Assembly (NCBI GenBank): GCA_013265495.1
Contig: MU058009.1
Coordinates: 932,001-996,000 of the forward strand
From: Vicugna vicugna
Taxonomy: Eukaryota
DNA: 64,000 nucleotides
Direction: 5' to 3'
This document shows positions 47,320 through 60,020 of the stretch, piece after piece; positions within the stretch are counted from its first letter, which is position 1, and each line of letters opens with the position of its first letter. Under the pieces are notes generated by a model. The model did not search any database. It was given only the letters and a program-made list of their open reading frames with translations, and was not told where the DNA came from. Made by a program: the position numbers and the translations under genes.

Positions 47320-48060
47320 TAACCGGGGCGGTGGTCGTGGCGTTTCGGGCGGACTAGGTCACTGCACAGAGCGCTGCGCTGGTGGGCTCCCGGGAGCGAC
47401 CACTCGCACCCTAGGGAGGATAAACGTGATGATGCCCCAGACAGGGGATAACCACGGCAGCCACGTCCTTGAGAAGTCTCAAGGAGCTGGCATGCGTCGT
47501 TCAGCTGCGGACCTGGCTTCTGCCAGCAGCTGAGAGGGTGTCGATATCGCAACGGGAAGGGAAGCAGAACACGGGTACGGACTGAAGGTGGGCTGGGGGA
47601 CTGAGCGGCGGGGGAATGAGGTCCTTCTCGTCTTATCGAACGTTTGCCTGAGGGAGACACCGAGACATGTACTCTAGAGAGCGCCGAGGAAGGAGATGAG
47701 CGCCAGCGACGGGTCAGGAACGCGCTCCCAGGCACGCAGCCGCCCGGTGCGAAGCGCGGTACCCAGTTCCCGGAAAACGGGGGGAGCGGATTGGAGCGGC
47801 CTGACAGGCACTTCCCAGAGCGGAGATGGCAGGGCCCCAGGGGAGCTCTGCTTAAGTAAAGGCTGCCTTTGAGCCCGAGGCTGATTCACCATCTGCCAAA
47901 AGCCTCTGTGGTGACCAACCAAAGGGCAATCTTTCCAAGTCTGTGGAAGGCAAGATGCCATCCCCGGGAGGAGCGTTCGTGTGTGCACGTGCACCCAGCT
48001 CAGACACACTAACCCACGCGCCCGGGGAGGCTTCGTGGTAACGGCGGAGGGGCTGTGCCG
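47320..48060. promoter_or_regulatory. CpG island-like region (CpG-rich patches continue to ~48800)
   Basis: About 47 CpGs in 47320-47880 by hand count; contains TTCCCGGAA (47767-47775, STAT/ETS-type) and ggggcgg. Confidence 0.7.
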
Positions 48061-48184
48061 TCATGGAAAGGGACGGGCACAGAGACTCAACTCCTAATCC
48101 TCTCGCCTTTCCCCATCTTGTGTGTGATTTTTGGACAAAAAGAAAATAAAGCTCTCTGAATTTCTGATTGGTCAGCTGCTAAAA

Positions 48185-48263
48185 AAATGCTAAAAGGGGT
48201 GATCTTCTGTTAAGATGTCAAGTGTTCTTGCTACACACACACACACACAGATGCACACAAACA

Positions 48264-48320
<57 letters not shown>

Positions 48321-48490
48321 AATATAGGGAGCGGGAAGCGACTTAGGTGGATGATGGTTCATGAACTGGTCACGGTGATGGGTTCAGGGGTGTGTACACA
48401 TCCCAAGCTCAGCGAGCTGTGTGCATTAAATGTGTACAGTTTTGTTTTCATGTCAATCCCACTTCGATAAAGTAGTTTTAAAAAAATAAG
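48185..48490 (+). mobile_element. L1MB/L1MA-type 3' end
   Basis: aagtgttcttgctacacac...ggtgatgggttcaggggtgtgtacacatcccaagctca...attaaatgtgtacag...ataaagtagttttaaaaaaa. Confidence 0.85.
48264..48320. repeat. Perfect (CAT)19 microsatellite
   Basis: 57 bp of uninterrupted CAT inside the L1 3' end. Confidence 0.97.
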
Positions 48491-50512
48491 AGGATGCACA
48501 GATGCGGCGACTCTCCCATAAAACCTGCAAGATGCGCCTTCAGTCATGCCCAGTGGGGCCCCTGCTTCCCAGCGTACGGCCTGAGCTTCTGGCTCTCCCT
48601 CCCGGCCAGTCCCCGGGGCAGGGAGTTTTAGGAAACGGGGTGGGTTGCTGAGCGTGGAGAGATCAACTGACCCAGAGCGCACACTAGCAATGAGAGGAGG
48701 AACCGTGACCGTGGCAACCGAGGAGTCGCAGCTCCATGTTCCAGCAGCAGCTCCTTGGAATCAGGTCAGCCCCGAACACGCGCCCGCAATAGGTTAGCAG
48801 TAAGGGTCTTCCTCACCACAGAAGGCTGAGAGCCGGTCTGAGTGCTCCAAAGGAAATGGCTGAAATGGGCTTCTAGCATGTTCCTGGGTGATGATGGATG
48901 ACGTGTGCTAGAAAGCAAGTTGGCATCCATTTCTTTCAAAACCACGGACAAGCTGATCCTCTTTAATGGACTTGTCTCTTGCTAGCATCCTATTCTTTTT
49001 CTGTTGCAAATTGTCTCAATTACCTGAGAGAGGAGGGGAAAAAAGCCAAATATGCAGAGAACTGGCCTTTGAAGGTCTCCTCAGTCAGAAAATAATTTGG
49101 CTTGTTTAAAACTCTGCTGTGTATCTGGCATTAATTTGTTGATGTTTTGTGTTGAGCCAGAACTAATCGTCTTCATCCCTATAATAAGAAGTGAAATTCC
49201 ATGAGGTTCAAGAACTTTCAGGTACTTCTAGGTATTTAAAAGCTAAACTGGAACCAAGACAGATAACAACAACAACAAAAAAATGTAGTTTTAAGTTTCT
49301 CCAGCCAGAATACTGAGTTTTCTCTGTAAGAAAATATATAGAATTTAATTTTCCTCAACTGTTAAGGATTTTTACCTCTTGCTTTATTTTATTTTTAGTT
49401 TTTTTTTCACTCTGTCATAAATTTCTTTTGATTCCAAGTGAAGTTTGAAGAATGATCAATAATTTTGAGCTTACAGCAATTTATTGATCTCTTTTTCTCA
49501 TTTTAAATTTTTATTTGTCCAAAGGCGGGGGTGGGGGGACATAAAAAATAGGCTAAAAAGGGGAAGTCATGATTTTTCTTTACTGGTCTCTTTATTTCTT
49601 TCTAAAGTGTAGTTCAAATAAAAACTTTCCTGCCAAAGCAGTTAGTGATGGTGCAAATCAAAGGGTTCTTCTTGGCCTGTTGGTGAAAGCAGGCATCTGA
49701 CTGTTGGGTCTGGAGAACTGGCTTTCATTACAGAGGAGACCAGTGCATTGTTAACTTCAGAGCACGTTCAGACTGAAGGGAATTTCAACTTGGTCTCTCT
49801 CCTATTTTCTGTACCCTTTCATGTTCAAACATACACCAGAATCTCTTGAAGGGGTTAGGAGGCAATTAATGTCTTATTAAGGAGGATTGTGTGGTCTTCC
49901 TTGGAGACGCTTCCATGCTTAATAGAAGAATGGAATCACTGAGAGAATTTTGGTGTGACGTATGTAGTGTTTATGAAGTCTTCTATACAAAAAAAAAAAA
50001 AAAGGACCAAAAATATTTCACTTTTTCTAATGGTAACAAAATCCTTGTAAGGTAGAGATTACTAGTCGTGCTACTAGTGACATAACTAAGGCTCACAGGT
50101 TAGGAAAATCTAGGCTGTCTCTGTTTTGTAGACCCCTGCCCTCCTTACCCAACTTCCACCTCACCTTCAGCCTCCGCTTTCACTTCAGACTTGCCCCCAA
50201 GGTTTGCTTCAGGAATAGGCAGGCTGGACCTAAACTCTGGAACCCCCAGTACCATGCGTTCCTGATGGGAGGCACCGGGAAGTGGGCTGCCCGGCTGGTG
50301 GGCAGACATGCACCTGTGCTCTGATGGCCACCGACCACCAGAGCTGCTGTCTCCAGAGCTACACATCTTCACGGGTTCTCCCTCTCTCTCCCCTTAAAAA
50401 TGTGCTGGGGACCAGTTTGTTCTATTTCATAAGTCCAATGTTTTTTGAAGGATTATTGGAGTAACACCTTAAACGAAAGCTAAGATACAGCACAGGTGTA
50501 GGAAATACTTAC

Positions 50513-50725
50513 CTGTGAAGCATACAGGTACAAAGGAAGCAAATGTCCGTGGTTGTTGGTTTCAGAGCTGGGCTGGAAGCTAAGCACAGATATTCTATGG
50601 TTGCTTTCGGGGGTCACTCACTGGCCCTGGACTCTGGGCTGTTGAGAGACTCAGAACATGCTTCTTTGCTCTATCTCCATGCAGCCTCATTTGACCATCT
50701 TCATTATTGTTCTGATCTTCACTTC
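50513..50725 (-). ncRNA. Candidate non-coding/UTR exon (213 nt)
   Basis: Acceptor ttgtctttttcctccAG|GAAGT and perfect donor CAG|GTAAGT; purine-rich GAAG motifs near the 5' end; stops in all frames. Confidence 0.4.
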
Positions 50726-51074
50726 CTGGAGGAAAAAGACAATTTCCTTCTGAGTTCCTGAAACTTGGTAAAATCCAGAAGACACTCTGTTGATCTCATT
50801 TCCTTTCCTCTGTCCCTGTTCTGTGTGTGTCCTGTGGGAGTTCTACCCTTATTTTAGTGCCACCGATCTCTCCCTCAAGGTTTCTCTAGGACCTGTTTCT
50901 GGCTTGTTGCTCCCTCTGGCACAGCTCAGCTTTTTCGCCTGTAGTTCTAACTCAGTATCTGAAACCAAATTCTCTAGTGATGATGAGCACTTAGAGAGCG
51001 GGCACGTTTTAACTAGACTTTTCCCTCACAGTCAAGACAGATATCCTTCATCTCTCAGTTGCAGTACAATATCG

Positions 51075-51495
51075 CCGTGAAGTGCTCACGTTCTGGAACG
51101 AAAGCTCTGGAGTTCAAACCCTCATCCTACTGTTTGGAAACAGAAGAGAAGAACTGACGGCCTCAATTTTCTCGTCAGCAATAGTGGGGTGAAAGTATGG
51201 CACAGTGGTTGGCAAACTTTTTCCTTAAAGGATCAGATAATAGATATTTCAGGCTTTGCAGACCAAAAGGTAATGGACAATATCATGTAGATACTTATAT
51301 GCCATTCAAAATGTAACTTTTTAAAAACATAAAAACTGTCCCCAGCTCACAGGCCATAATAAAATAGGCAGCTGTCTAGATTCATGGGTCATAGTTTGCT
51401 GACCTCTGAGATTGCTCAATTTATCAGATTGTTGTGAAAATTAAATTTGTTAGTATATGTAAACTTATAATTCCTGACACGTAGCAAGCATTAAG
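51075..51495 (+). mobile_element. MIR SINE split by MER58
   Basis: tggagttcaaaccctcatcctac...gcctcaattttctcgtc; resumes gattgttgtgaaaattaaat...cctgacacgtagcaagca. Confidence 0.65.
51203..51408 (+). mobile_element. MER58-family (hAT-Charlie) MITE
   Basis: TIRs cagtggttggcaaact / agtttgctgacctctg; internal taaaggatcagataatagatatttcaggctttgc. Confidence 0.85.
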
Positions 51496-52399
51496 CATTT
51501 TTCCCCCTCTTTCTTCTCTTGTAAAGAAAAGCAGTCAATTTTTGAAGAGGAAGGAAAGCATGTGGTCCTCTCTGGCCCACAATCTAAGCTTCTTTCCTTG
51601 TCTTTGTGCCCCATCACACAACTCAATTTTAGTAGCTTTATCATGGATTCCTGGTAGAACTGTCTCTTTTTTCTTTCCCTCTCACTAGCAATGAATTTCT
51701 TTCTCCTTCCACTCCTTTTAAAAAATCTTAACCATTATGACTTATATTATGTGTCTATTGGCTTCCTTAAATTCACTCTTCATTGTAATAGACAGGTGTG
51801 GCCATCCAGAATATCTAACACTAGCTCATAAAATATTCTTTCTTACATACTCAATAAACTTAACGGACACTCCTATAAATACCTGAATTGCAAACCTCCC
51901 GCTTGATCTTTGCCATTGTGAGTTGGTCATTACAGCAGAAAAATGACTCTGGCTTCTTGATCAGGGAAACACCACATAAATAGGACAGATGTATTAACAG
52001 AAGAACAGAGATGCACTGGTTCCCTAAATCTTATTTACCCTTGTGATCTTGAACGTCTAGTTTCTATACTTTTCTGTGATGACAATGAGTGTGACAAAGG
52101 CAATGGTCAAGCTCATCTTTTTCTTACAGCCACAATCTTCACCAGATAGATCTAGGTAGAAAAAATTGCATCACATTATTGGACTCACCAATGAGTCATC
52201 ACAGGGCCCATTTCAAGTTATAGATATTGACCCTAAAAGACAGGAATGGCAGTCCTAGGGACAGTAATCCATGTGCCATTTCCTTTCAGGGCACCAGACT
52301 TTCAGTTTTCATTCCCAGCTGCAAGAACGTGGTGGAGCTTGGAGTTTCTGTGTCTTCTGCCACGTTTCAGCTTTAGTTTTCACAAGTAATGGCAGTGGT

Positions 52400-52560
52400 C
52401 TTCAAGCAGAGACATGATTTTTGTAAGTGGGGAAATCATGCTCATGGATATAAAGTCACTTAACTGAAAATGCCACAAATGGACAGAGTTGGGATTTAAA
52501 TGCAATTGTGTCTGGAAATGAAGCCCCAGCCCCAAACTTCCCCCACTATACGCTCCAGTT
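52400..52560 (-). mobile_element. MIR fragment
   Basis: ttttgtaagtggggaaatcatgctca...taaagtcactt...cagagttgggatttaaa. Confidence 0.6.
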
Positions 52561-52799
52561 TCCTTTTAAAAACATTCACTAGGGACAAAAACTGAGCCTC
52601 AGGTAATCTTTTCCATAAATCATTCTCCTGCTGGTTAGGGGTTGGCCTGAACAGTGACACTGGTGGGTCTTAAGCCATCGGTGGGTCTGAGTCTGAATGG
52701 ACAGTGACTGAGACTGAGCAAAGTTAAAAGTAGGGTAAAAGTGTGGGTTGTATCACAGATGATCATAGGTCTGGCTGGATGCGGTGAGGCTTCTGGCTG

Positions 52800-53010
52800 G
52801 GCAGTATAGTGAGGAAAGCTTGGGATCTGAGCTTCGCTAGCCAGACAGACCTACATTTACACCTCAGCTTGGTCACTTCAAAGCATCTTTAGCTAAACCA
52901 GTTCATATCTCTGATCTTCAACTTCTCCATCTCTAAAATGGTAACACTGGTGTCTACTTCATAATTTTATCATACAAATTTGTAATAACTTATGTAAAAT
53001 ATTTTATACA
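52800..53010 (+). mobile_element. MIR SINE
   Basis: gcagtatagtg...agccagacagacct...ctctgatcttcaacttctccatctctaaaatgg. Confidence 0.75.
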
Positions 53011-53674
53011 CTTCATAGAAGCAAGTAAATGTTCAAAAACAGCATTAATATCGTTAGCTTATCAATGTCCTGTATTCCATTGATGTTCACATTAACTGAT
53101 GCTTTATTCTCTGGCTGGGGCTTGCATGAGGAATTGGATCTTCCAAGTTTTGGATGAATTTTTTTCCGGTTCACTCCCTGGACCCCCCACTCTCTGGGTA
53201 TGACGGCTGAAAAGCGACATTTTAGTGAAGTGTTTTTAGTCAGAGTAAAATCTTCAAGACTAAAGAGAAGTTTCATGTGAACCATTCTTAAAAGCAATCA
53301 GTTGAGACAGAAAAGAAACTGTTACCATAAGATGAAGACAAGTTTTCAGGTTAGTCCATCACTTTGAATCTTTTCAAAGAGGTACCTTTTAAAGAGATAC
53401 CCTTCTAATAGCCTCCTTAACTAAGTATTCAGATGGTATATGATTATAAATGAATTATTCCCACCTACATATTTTTGTCTTTGTTTTTGACATCTCTGTC
53501 TTATTTCTGAGTTCTTTCCCAAATTCTCTGAATTTTTTTAAAGGGGCTTTGGTATTTAACGTTTTTGGATTTAAAAAATGTATGCAGACTTGTAAGACTG
53601 CCTGAGTAGAGAAGCTTGTTTTCAACTTGACCCTATATCTGCACTCTTGTCAGTTATAACCATGAACACAGGAT

Positions 53675-54100
53675 CCATTCATTGAACACTTACTTAGTGA
53701 ACATTTATATGTGCAGTTACCATCTGCAGAGCTGGGGATACAAGTAACGGTTAACAAGAAAAACAGATCCTGCCCTATGATACATATTTTTGAGTATATA
53801 GATCCAGCTAATGTTAATTTTTCTAAACAGCTAATGGAAAGACATAAGAATATTTCCTATTTCCATTCAAAATTATTTTTTCCATATTAAGCATTATGAC
53901 GGATTAAGATAAAATAATATTAACTCAGTGCTTAACTATGCACAAGGCACTTAGGTAACACAGTTGCAAAATGTAGCCCTTAACTATAACTAGGATACCT
54001 TCTAGTTGGGCAGAACAAACATAAACACAGGGGTAAAAAAAAAAATACCACATCCAAGTGATAAATTAAACAATGTCCAAAAAAGTTGTCATGGGGCTTC
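53675..54100 (-). mobile_element. L2 3' fragments
   Basis: cattcattgaacacttac...gctggggataca...cagatcctgcccta and ctcagtgcttaactatgcacaaggcact. Confidence 0.55.
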
Positions 54101-56334
54101 AGCACTCTCAGAGGCTCATTACCATGTAACTTTCTGTGAATTCACAGAGTGAATCAGGAGCAGAAAAGGCAATTTTTGTTTCTGCTTCTTTTTTCTTTCC
54201 CTGTAAGAGCAGGAAAAAAAAAAAAGAATCTCAGGAAAGAAAGGCACCCCTCCTCTTTTCTTTGTAAAAACCTGTAATGACCTCTCTTCCAATCACGATA
54301 GGGTTTCCCTTGGCAACCATATCACTCATCCTTCTTCCAGAAATGGCTCTGTAAACAAAAATTATTTTGAAGAGACCAACTAAAGATTACTCTTTAACAA
54401 ACGATCTGTTTTGTCTCATTCCAAATTAAATGTTGACATGGAGTCTTATTTAAAGGAAATATATTTCTTATCCATGATAAACATCTGGAGAAATAGTTTG
54501 AATAATTTAAAAACATATTTACAGAAGAATTACTGATGCCCTTTAATACGGTAACTTGAAGCCCTCGAAGACGCCTGCCTTTTACTTTTAATCCTCTCTG
54601 TTGGAGTCATCAGGCACAACCTCCTTCAGGCTGTAGCTGTAATTAAGGATGAATGATGAAATCAAGCAGATCAGCATGGCCTGCTAAATCACATGCGTAT
54701 AATTAAAATGTATGTAGACAGTACACAAAACAGGTCAAAAGTGAGAAATAAAATATTTTCTTCAAATCCAAGTAACCTTTTTATGCAAACATTGTGAGAG
54801 CGATATTATCATAGGCATATTCTTGAGTCAGGTCTAATTTATATTAAAAAATATAAGTCAGTTGCACCATATGGTTGCACGCTAATGATTTTAGGGACAC
54901 ACTGTTTTACTTGTGACATCATGAGCCACCTATCTCACACCAGTGGGCTGCAGAACTACGTTTAGTAGCCACTACCTTGGACTGTTTTATAGAACTCATA
55001 AGTAGAGAAGAAAACACTGAGTCAGTAAGCTCTCTCCTCTCCTCTTCAGAAGAAATCTGACTGGATGAGGTCAGATGAGCTCTGATGCCCCCTAAAACGC
55101 CCCTGTGTTTTCCTTCTTCTCCCGACAAAAGAAGAAGTGATCTAAGCAAGTGTGTTAGGAAAATGTGCACAACTTCTTTCATTTCTGGAGCCCTCTTACT
55201 TTCCATTCATTCAGAGCTACACCATGATGAATAGGTGCCTCACTTCCTGAAAGCTGAATATGTAATACTTATTATATGTAACAAAAACCTAAAAAATAAA
55301 TCTTGTTCAACGCTGAAATGTTTGAGGCATTTAAAAATGAGTGGGATTCTTTTTATGCATCTGTTGAAATGACTTTGCTTGTGATGGAAACAAAGTTAAG
55401 ACATCATGTCTCTCTCTGCCCAGGGCCTCCTTCCTTTTCAGAGAGGCTCACCGTGGGCCAGTCACGGCCCTGGATTTCCCTCAAGTGCTCCCTTTCCTTG
55501 CTAACCCTCACCAAGGTATTAGGCAAAACACAATGCTAGTCACTTAAAATAGTAACTATTTTTTTTTCCTATTCTATCCTTGCTTTTAATGCCTTGGTTA
55601 CAAAGTCAGATTGCTTTTACCAAGCTGTCAGGTCTACCTTCCTTAGTGCCAGGAATCTCAGAAGCCCAGGACCAGTTTATACTTCCAAATTAAAAGAAAA
55701 AACAAGTTTACAAATGGCGTTATTTACCAAAATCTTTTTTAACTAGTCTTCTTTACCAGTCTTCTCAAATCTAGTCTTCAGTGGTCAGCCACCAAAGTAC
55801 CACCATGCGAGAAGCAAAGGCACAGAGGAAAGCACACAGGCCGGGCAGTGGGACGCGCGCAGAGGGCGAGCCCGGGCTGCGCTGCCGCCGTAGCCCGATC
55901 TCCCCAGGAACGCTGCGCAGTGGTGGTCCGTGCTCTTTCTTCTGAAGCCCTATTTTACAAAGGGACGTTCACTCGTCCTGATGCAGGCAATCATCCCTCC
56001 CACCTGAAAAATAAAGTCATATTAGAAAGAAAAACCATGCAGGCAAATTAGCAGCTGTCCGCGTTTTTAGATGCTATTACAGAGCCTTCTTCGGGACTGC
56101 AGGGGCAGGAGGTCAAGGAATTGAGTCCCATTTCCTCTTTACTTGTTGCAGTTGAAACAAATCTAGAAAGCAGAAGATGACAGTCTTATTGCTGACACTT
56201 CATAATTCCCAAGGGAATTACTTCTGACCCTTCTACCAAATATTCTTCACCATATTGTAATAGGTCTAAAGGAGTTCCATGCTTTCTTGAGTTTCTGCGA
56301 TCAGATCCATGTTTTGTGCTCTCGTGAGAGTTTT

Positions 56335-56600
56335 GTATTTATTTACTTATTCAGTGCATATTGAGCTCCTGCTATGTTTCAGGCACAGGGCAAGGAGCTG
56401 GGGATATCATGATAACCAATGGAGGTACAGCATGCCCTCACTCGAGTTAGATGTAATGAGAGTAAGAGACAGTAATAAATTTGTGTGTAAAATTATAGCA
56501 ATGATTCATGCTTATAAAGAGCTTAAAATAGTGCTTTTAAATGTTTTTGTTTTTTAAAGAAAAGAAATATGTGCTCTGTTATAAGAATTTATAATGAAGA
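56335..56600 (-). mobile_element. L2 3' fragment
   Basis: tatttatttacttattcag...tattgagctcctgctatgtttcaggcac...gagctggggata. Confidence 0.7.
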
Positions 56601-58071
56601 GAAACACCATAATGGTGGACTAAGGACATCTGGACATCCTTATTTCCGTAAAAGCAGCAAGTGCAGTGGCAAAAATGATCAAACTCAACCGAAAAATAAC
56701 CAAAGGCTTGCAGCAATCTGAGTAGCGTTTATTCAAGAAAAACTGGTCCGTCTCAATGAGAACAACGAGCTTTGTGCTGCTTTAACATATCTGGCTCCCA
56801 CCTCCTTTTTCCAGCTCTACAGTAGCCTTGAAAATCAACAGCCTGTGACCATGGTAGCTGTGAAAATCAGTAGCCTAGCAGCTACAGGAGGGAGCAGAAT
56901 GTATGTGGAGCTGCCCAAAGTCAAAATTCAGGGAACTAATATTACTATTTGATCTGACCTCTCTGGAAGCTCCATGAAAAGTTCCATTCACAGCAACTCA
57001 TTTATTTGGCCTCATTCAGAGATTATTCTGGGTGAGAAGCTCTACCTTTGAGTGTTTGACAAGAACAATCAGTAGTAATTGTTTAATATTGCAGCTACCT
57101 GAGGCTGTAATACAAGTTTGGGATAACAAAAGACTGAATAAAATCTTAAAAGAAAAACCTAGAGGAAAAGTTGCCAATAGGGGTCTTTGAAAAGCTCTGA
57201 AATATTCCTAAGAAACCAGAAAGTGATGAGTGTATGCAACAGTGTGCCTACGCCTAGGAAAGACCTGAAAAAAATCTTAATCTCTCACTTCCGGCTAACC
57301 TTGAGGCTCTGCACAAGTAGGCAGTCAAGGTTAAGGGAGAACTGAAAATTGCCTACTGACACGTTGAAGGTGTGTTCCACCACACACAAAGCCCTGCGAC
57401 AAGAGCTGGCCACTTACTGGTTCGAGAAACTTATGGAAGTATCTGCCCAAATATTAGTGAAACAGCAAGCCAAGTGAGCAGAGACTTCTGTGGCTGGACA
57501 TGACACAGAACACACACTCTGCAAAGCTATTCCAGGAAAGTCACTCAACGAACAGGAGAAATAATAAATAGCAATGCCGCTAAACCCTGTGAGAAGGAAA
57601 TAGAATTTTTTCTTTCCAGAGTTACAGGTAGATTATTTAAAATTTCCAGTTTTCCACAAAGCCATCTGACTTCACATCTGAAACTATGGAGGTCAGAAGG
57701 CAGTAAGATGACATACCCGAACTACAGGGAGTAAACAAACAATGACAAAAACCGGTCGATCAAAATTACATATCCAACAAAATTATCCTTCAGCAATGAA
57801 GGAAAAAACAATACATTACCAGCTAAACAAAAGCTGAGAGAGTTCACTGTTAATCAGCCTCCCCTAGAACAACTGCTAAAGGTATCTTTCAGGCAAGGAA
57901 ACTAGACGTAGCTTGAATCTGCATGAAGAAATGAAAGCGCCAGTAAAGATAGCTACATATGTAATCGTGGAAAGCAGTATAAATGTGTATTTGTTTGTAA
58001 TTCTTTTTATTTCTATATGACCTAAAAGACCACTGGGTAAAATAATAATTTAAAACCTGTGTTATATTGGT

Positions 58072-58157
58072 TTATAATATATATAATTTATATATAATAT
58101 AATATACAATAATATAAAAATAATATATATTATATACAATATATAATATATATAATA
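58072..58157. repeat. AT-rich (TA)n-like low-complexity tract
   Basis: tataatatatataatttatatataatata... seen directly, inside the L1. Confidence 0.9.
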
Positions 58158-58479
58158 GCCAAATGCATATAATTGCATGAAAATAACAGCACAGAGAAGA
58201 GGTGAGGCGACAGAGCTATACTGGAGCACGTTTCTTTATAGATCACTGAAATTAAGCTGGTGTTAACTTGAACTAGATTGTTTTTACATTAATACGGTAA
58301 TTGTACTCTCTAGGGCAGCCACTAAGAAAATAACAAAAAAAAGTTGTTAAAAAATAACAAGGGAATTTATATTATATACTAGACATATATATTTTACACA
58401 AAAGAAGACAGTAGGAATAAAGGAACAAAAAACAGACATAAGACATAAGACATACAGGAAATGAGCAGGAAAATAGTGG

Positions 58480-59110
58480 ATATAAATCCCACCTTATCAG
58501 TAAAACCATTAGATTTAAATTGATAAACACTCCAATCGAAAGATAGAAGTTGGCACAATCTGATAAAAAATTACCCAACTATATGCTGTCCACAAGAGAC
58601 AGACTTTATATTCAAGGACAACATAGGATGAAAATTAAAAGAATGGGAAAAGATACACTAAGAAACAATTATCAAAAGAAACCTGGATTGGCTGTACTCA
58701 TATCAAACAAAACAGACTTTAAGACACAAACAATTTCTAAAGACAAAGAAGAATATTTTGTAGTAACAAACGTATCAATCTATCTGGAAGACATTGCAAG
58801 GATAAATGGATAAGCTTCTGTCAAGACAGTCCCCAAATACAGAAAACTAGAAATGATAGAAATGCAAGGCGAAACAGACAATTTAATAATAACATCGAGA
58901 AATGTCCATCCTCCTTTCGCAATAACAGAACAGATAGGAAGGTAACGAGGAAGTGGAAGACTTGAGAAATACCACGAGGAAGTTAATTTCTATAGAACAT
59001 CCCACTCAACAGTAGCAAGAGACGGTTTTCTTAAGTCCATATGGAACATTCTTCAGGATAGGCTATTTTCAAAATAAAACTTAATATATTTAAAAGGATG
59101 AAATTTACCA
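58480..59110 (+). pseudogene. L1 ORF2 endonuclease remnant
   Basis: ORF 58550-58813 contains QKKPGLAVLISNKTDFKTQTISKDKEEYF, matching L1 EN QKKAGVAILVSDKTDFKPTKIKRDKEGHY; frameshifted. Confidence 0.9.
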
Positions 59111-60020
59111 AGTGTAAACGGACTAAGAAGAAAGATAGAAAGCTCAAATTACTACAGTCAGGATGGTTGTGGGAAAATTAGAACCCCCAGATATTGCCGG
59201 CAAGATCGTAAAATAACGCAGCCGCTTTGGAAGACACTTTGGCAGACCCTCAGAAAGTTAAACGGAGCACTATCACATGATGCAACACTTTCATTCCTGT
59301 GTATATTTCCAAAAGAAGTAAAAACATATGTCCGTCAGGAACTTGCACGTGAATATCCATAGCATTTTTTATCATATCCAAAAATGAAAACAACTCAGAA
59401 TCGATGACGGGGAATGAAAGAATAGTGTTGAGCAGGTTGGTTTGAGCAGAGGCTGGAGAAAGAAAGTAGTGTTTGTGCTTTCACCGAGCACAGGGGTTGG
59501 TGAACTCCCTGGCTATTTATAAATCTGGACCCTCAAATATGACAATCTCCATGAGAACACTGGTGGGGTCATTCTTATGTCTCTGGTCTTCCTTTGTGTC
59601 GGGGACAGCGCCTGGCACTTTGGAGGCACAGAATAGATGCCTGGGGACTCTGCAGAAAGTCTCATATTTTGGTTTCTGGCTTGTGGTTCAATAATGTGCA
59701 AATGATTGTTCCACTGTTTCCAGCTTCCAGGCTTCTCTTTCGTTTTTCCTCCTTTGCCTGTTACCTGTCAGCTGGAGAGACTAGACTGAGCTTCACAGAG
59801 CTGAGAGGAGCCCAGACGGGCACTTCTCAAAAGCAAGGGCACCAAAGGGATGACTGTGCTCTCAAAGGAGGCAAGTGACAACCAGCACTAGGAGTTTCTG
59901 GCTTTTAATTAAGTAACTTATGTCTGAAACTGGCAACAACTTTTCCGTTCCCGAAGCTCCCTTACATTAACGTACGTCTGCCTCTCCCCTGCCTTTTGCT
60001 GCCGGTCAGGATGGCAGTAC

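Larger units (their letters stand above)
56605..59400 (+). mobile_element. Old internally deleted L1 (L1M4/L1MD-like): 5' UTR, ORF1 C-terminus, spacer, ORF2 endonuclease, then 3' region
   Basis: 5' UTR-like aaccaaaggcttgcagcaatctg...tttattcaagaaaaa; ORF1 gacttcacatctgaaactatggaggtcagaaggcagt; 3' part gcagccgctttggaagacactttggcag. Confidence 0.88.

Noticed and set aside
47214..47735. 173-aa ORF and other overlapping ORFs in the GC-rich regions (also 4782-5954)
   Set aside because: Expected stop-codon depletion in GC-rich DNA; low-complexity P/R/S/G-rich products on both strands.
48222..48470. 82-aa ORF with a poly-histidine run
   Set aside because: Translation of the (CAT)19 microsatellite inside an L1 3' UTR; GTG start; no coding features.
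48935..48955. REST/RE1-like TTCAAAACCACGGACAAGCTG
   Set aside because: Central ACCACGGACA matches, but the conserved GC of TCAGCACC and the 3' GCGCC are lost.
48888..48956. Second C-box/D-box pair (GTGATGA...CTGA)
   Set aside because: No convincing terminal stem, unlike the 43820-43914 candidate.
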